A DNA stretch of 64,000 nucleotides, from the NCBI RefSeq assembly GCF_006345805.1, contig NC_043017.1, positions 32,550,001 through 32,614,000 of the forward strand. The letters run 5' to 3'. Of the stretch, positions 60,679 through 64,000 are shown one piece after another. Each line of letters opens with the position of its first letter. The stretch's first letter is position 1. This stretch comes from Octopus sinensis. Taxonomy: Eukaryota. Both the position numbers and the translations under genes were made by a program. A model generated the notes under the pieces. That model did not search any database. It worked only from the letters and a program-made list of their open reading frames with translations, and had not been told where the DNA came from.

Positions 60679-61109
60679 TAAACATCCAATTAAATTGATG
60701 CAGAGAGATCTTAAAAATTCAACTAGAAATAAATAACATAGCAGTAGAAATGGAATCTGCTGCCGCTGAGAGGCTGCATTAGGACCAATTATAATAGAAA
60801 CCAGCAGAGGGTGTTAGCAAAGGTTAGCGAACTTGAGATATGACACCTGCAGCATCAGCTGGATTTTTGAAATAAATATATGGTTTCCAACTTCTAATAA
60901 TTGTTCCCTCCTGAACCCACTGTTGTGTTCTGAGATATGTATCCTTTGGGCTCCTACCCCATGCCTCCCAGAATCAGTTGCAGGCTTGTTGCAGGTTGTA
61001 CTAACAGACACCCCTAATTAAGAATGAATTAGTCCATCGTTAACACTTAGTTAACTCTTTTCTTATTGTAGTTTCTAGTGGTCTTACTTGCTCCAGGCAC
61101 CATGCTGGT

Positions 61110-61370
61110 ATTTCTATTGGGCCTGCAGAGATCAAGAAGCTTCTCTTAGTTGAACCCTTACTTATCCATATTGAGAGGTCACAGCTCAAATACTACAGAC
61201 ATGCAATTAGGAAGAATTTCAAAACAGATTCTTCAATCCAAATGAACCAACAGCTGACCTAGAATTAGACCAAGAACAAGATGGTTGGACAATATCCATT
61301 CACTCAGTTGGTTACGCTTGAGAATCCAGCCAGAAAGTGTAATGATGGTTGCTTCTGATGGGACCTTATC
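61110..61370 (+). mobile_element. RTE LINE 3' end, decayed
   Basis: EPLLIHIERSQLKY...RPRTRWLDNIHSLSWLRLRIQPE. Confidence 0.7.
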
Positions 61371-61404
61371 GAGGAAGTCCCCAAGGACTCTCCTTCAATG
61401 GATC

Positions 61405-61676
61405 AGTGGGCAGTGGAGACGAACAGAATGGATGGATTAAATGCAGGGAGAAGTATAACAATATCTGTTTCTTTACTACCCACAAGGGGCTAAACATAGA
61501 GAGGACAGACAAACGGATTAAGTCGATTACATCGACCACAGTGCGTAACTGGTACTTAATTTATCGACCCCCGAAAGGATGAAAGGCAAAGTCAACTTTG
61601 GCGGAATTTGAACCAGAACGTAACGCCAGACAAAATACAGCTATGCATTTCACCTGGCGTGCTAACGTTTCTGCCA
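61405..61676 (-). mobile_element. SINE family B
   Basis: Reverse copy. Confidence 0.9.
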
Positions 61677-61770
61677 TCAGCATATGTCTAACTTTATTTT
61701 GATTAGTCTTGAATGTAAGGGAGACAACTGTGGATTTGTTTCAATATTATTATCCCACATCAGCAAAGTA

Positions 61771-62326
61771 CAGTAATGTCAAAATTTATGAGGAGCTGCT
61801 TTACGAGACCGCAGGCTTACGAGTTTTATTTTTTTAGCACAAGATCTAAATTTTGAATGTAATTCAAAAGTTTCTACTTCCATAACAAATGCTTTTGCAT
61901 GTTACCAAGAAATTTCTTGAGCGAGAAAAAAAGTTTCTTCAAAGCAAACAGCTCTAGACTTGCTTTTTAAAAAGAGATCTACAGGTCTGTCTATGAGTGC
62001 TTGTGAGCTTGTGATCATGTCTAGAAGTGATGGGGTGCATGAGACTAGTGTAAGTGAAAGAGATTCAGAAAACGATTATAATAATAATATTTTTTTATCA
62101 TAATCTTGACATTCCTTTTATCTTACATAAAATATTCTTTACATTCTACTGTTGTTTTATTGCCATTTATTTACGAGTATTATACATTTTTAGGTGAAAT
62201 ATTTTTCTGGGAACGAATTAGGATTTATAACATTGTTACTATGGGAAATTATTGTTCTGCTTTATGAATTTTCACTTTACGAGTGGACTATAGGAACAAA
62301 TTAACTTGTTAATCGAGGCATTACTG
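61771..62326. mobile_element. Tigger-type MITE
   Basis: TA-cagtaatg ... tcgaggcattactg-TA. Confidence 0.65.
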
Positions 62327-63204
62327 TATAGACTTTGCCATGCTTACCGAAGGAAGGAATCAATAGACAGCATAGAAAAGTAAAATTGTTTAAGGAATAA
62401 ATCACATGGAGAAGCCATCCACATAAAAACTAATATTTAAATCTAGGAGCAGTAAGTAGAAATATATATGTGCTGAGGCAAAAATGACAAGAGGTATTGG
62501 CTGTTATCATTTTTATTAATTTGGCATGTAAGGGAGACAACTCAGAATATGTTTTGGTATTATTTCAACTTCAGCAACAAAGTTCTTCATACCATCGTAG
62601 CAACAAAAGTATCAATGCATAAATATACAATGTGTGGGAGAATAGAATTGTTCTGAGAATTAAAATGACATCTTTGACTATTTTTTTTTTTTGGTTATTC
62701 TTCAACTATAATTATAACATTTTGAATTGATCACATTTTCACATTTTTCATACCATTCTCCTCTTCCTTTTGCTTACAATGACAATTTCAAATTCAGAAT
62801 TGTAAAATAATTTATGATCTGAATTATATGTTTGCTTCAATATTAAATAATTACATCTTTTCAGACCATCTAGCATATCGTTGATTCTTTTTTTAAAAGC
62901 AAATAATTGATTAAAACATTTAAGACATATTAATTAAACAACATACTAAGTTGTCTAGAGATATTAAATGAATAAATTTGTCTAGACTAGATTTACAAAT
63001 TGACATATATAACAGAAAGAACATGTCAGTTCCATATCTCTCTGTGACAAACATTGGAAACTATTAAAGCAACAAAGGCAATTAGCTGATGTATTATCAA
63101 TGTCATTGAGAAAGGGAGAATTTGTCTTTGAGAAAAGGAAGACAGTAGACTGATGGAATTATCTATTAGTGACAAAGGCAGTAGTAATAGTGAGAGGTAA
63201 CATT

Positions 63205-63650
63205 TATTATTTCTTTATTGCCCACAAGGGGCTAAACACAGACAGGACAAACAAGAACAGACAAAGGGATAAGGTCGATTACATCGACACCAGTACGTAA
63301 CAGGTATTTAATTTATCAACCCCGAAAGGATGAAAGGCAAAATCAACCTCGGTGGAATTTGAACTCAGAACGTAAAGACAGACGGAACACCGCTAAGCAT
63401 TTCGCCCAGCGTCCTAACATTTCTTATTTCTTTACTGCCCTCAAGGGGCTACACACAGAGGGGACAAACAAGGACAGATAAACGCATTAAGTCAATTATA
63501 TCGACCCCAGTATGTAACAGGTATTTAATTTATCAACCCCGAAAGGATGAAAGGCAAAGTCGACCTCGGCAGAATTTGAACTCAGGACGTAATGGCAGAC
63601 AAAACATCGCTAAGCATTTTGCCCGGTGTGCTAACGTTTCTGTGAGCTCC
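63205..63650 (-). mobile_element. SINE family B, doubled body
   Basis: Two tandem family B bodies sharing one head. Confidence 0.9.
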
Positions 63651-64000
63651 CCACTTAAACATGGATCCTCTGTAATCTACTGCGGTAGTTACCATGAGAG
63701 AAGCTCTCATATTGATTTTCTTAGTATGAGATGGTCTCCTGTTTGTATCACTAGTGGGCAGAGAAATCCCAGATCATGTGGTTTCGACCTTGTATGGTCT
63801 TGTCAGTGATGGACACCCAACCTCTAGAAGCAGCAGTGATTCATCTCCCTGCCAGCAACAGATTTGTTAGCACATCAGACAAAACACTTAGTGACATGTA
63901 TTTTTTTATTTTGATGTTCCAAGTTCAAATCCACTTCGCTTCCCACCCTTTTCCAAGGTCGATAAGTTAAGTATCAGTTAAACAGTGGGGTTGATATAAG

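Overview
AT-rich, repeat-saturated eukaryotic DNA with the SINE and microsatellite make-up typical of an octopod cephalopod genome (inferred from repeat content; no database search was run). There is no complete gene, rRNA, functional tRNA or CRISPR array. Most of the 64 kb is tRNA-derived SINEs (four families, called A-D here), MITEs, non-autonomous Helitrons, decayed transposases (Tigger/pogo, hAT, mariner, maT-like), LINE 3' ends (RTE, CR1-like), a Penelope GIY-YIG fragment and microsatellites. Two things stand out. (1) At least six distinct sequence families carry type I hammerhead ribozyme folds (CUGANGA...GAAA...NUH with complementary stems). One is a near-identical ~490-bp tandem array with an internal inversion (49092-51470), one hammerhead per unit, inserted into the (TA)n of a SINE; this is a retrozyme/Penelope-pLTR-like system. 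(2) Three phase-compatible + strand exons (13883-13967, 23675-23798, 25643-26268) could splice into the C-terminal part of an unrecognised Cys-containing protein ending in a His/Pro-rich repeat domain. Coordinates of decayed repeats are approximate (tens of bp).
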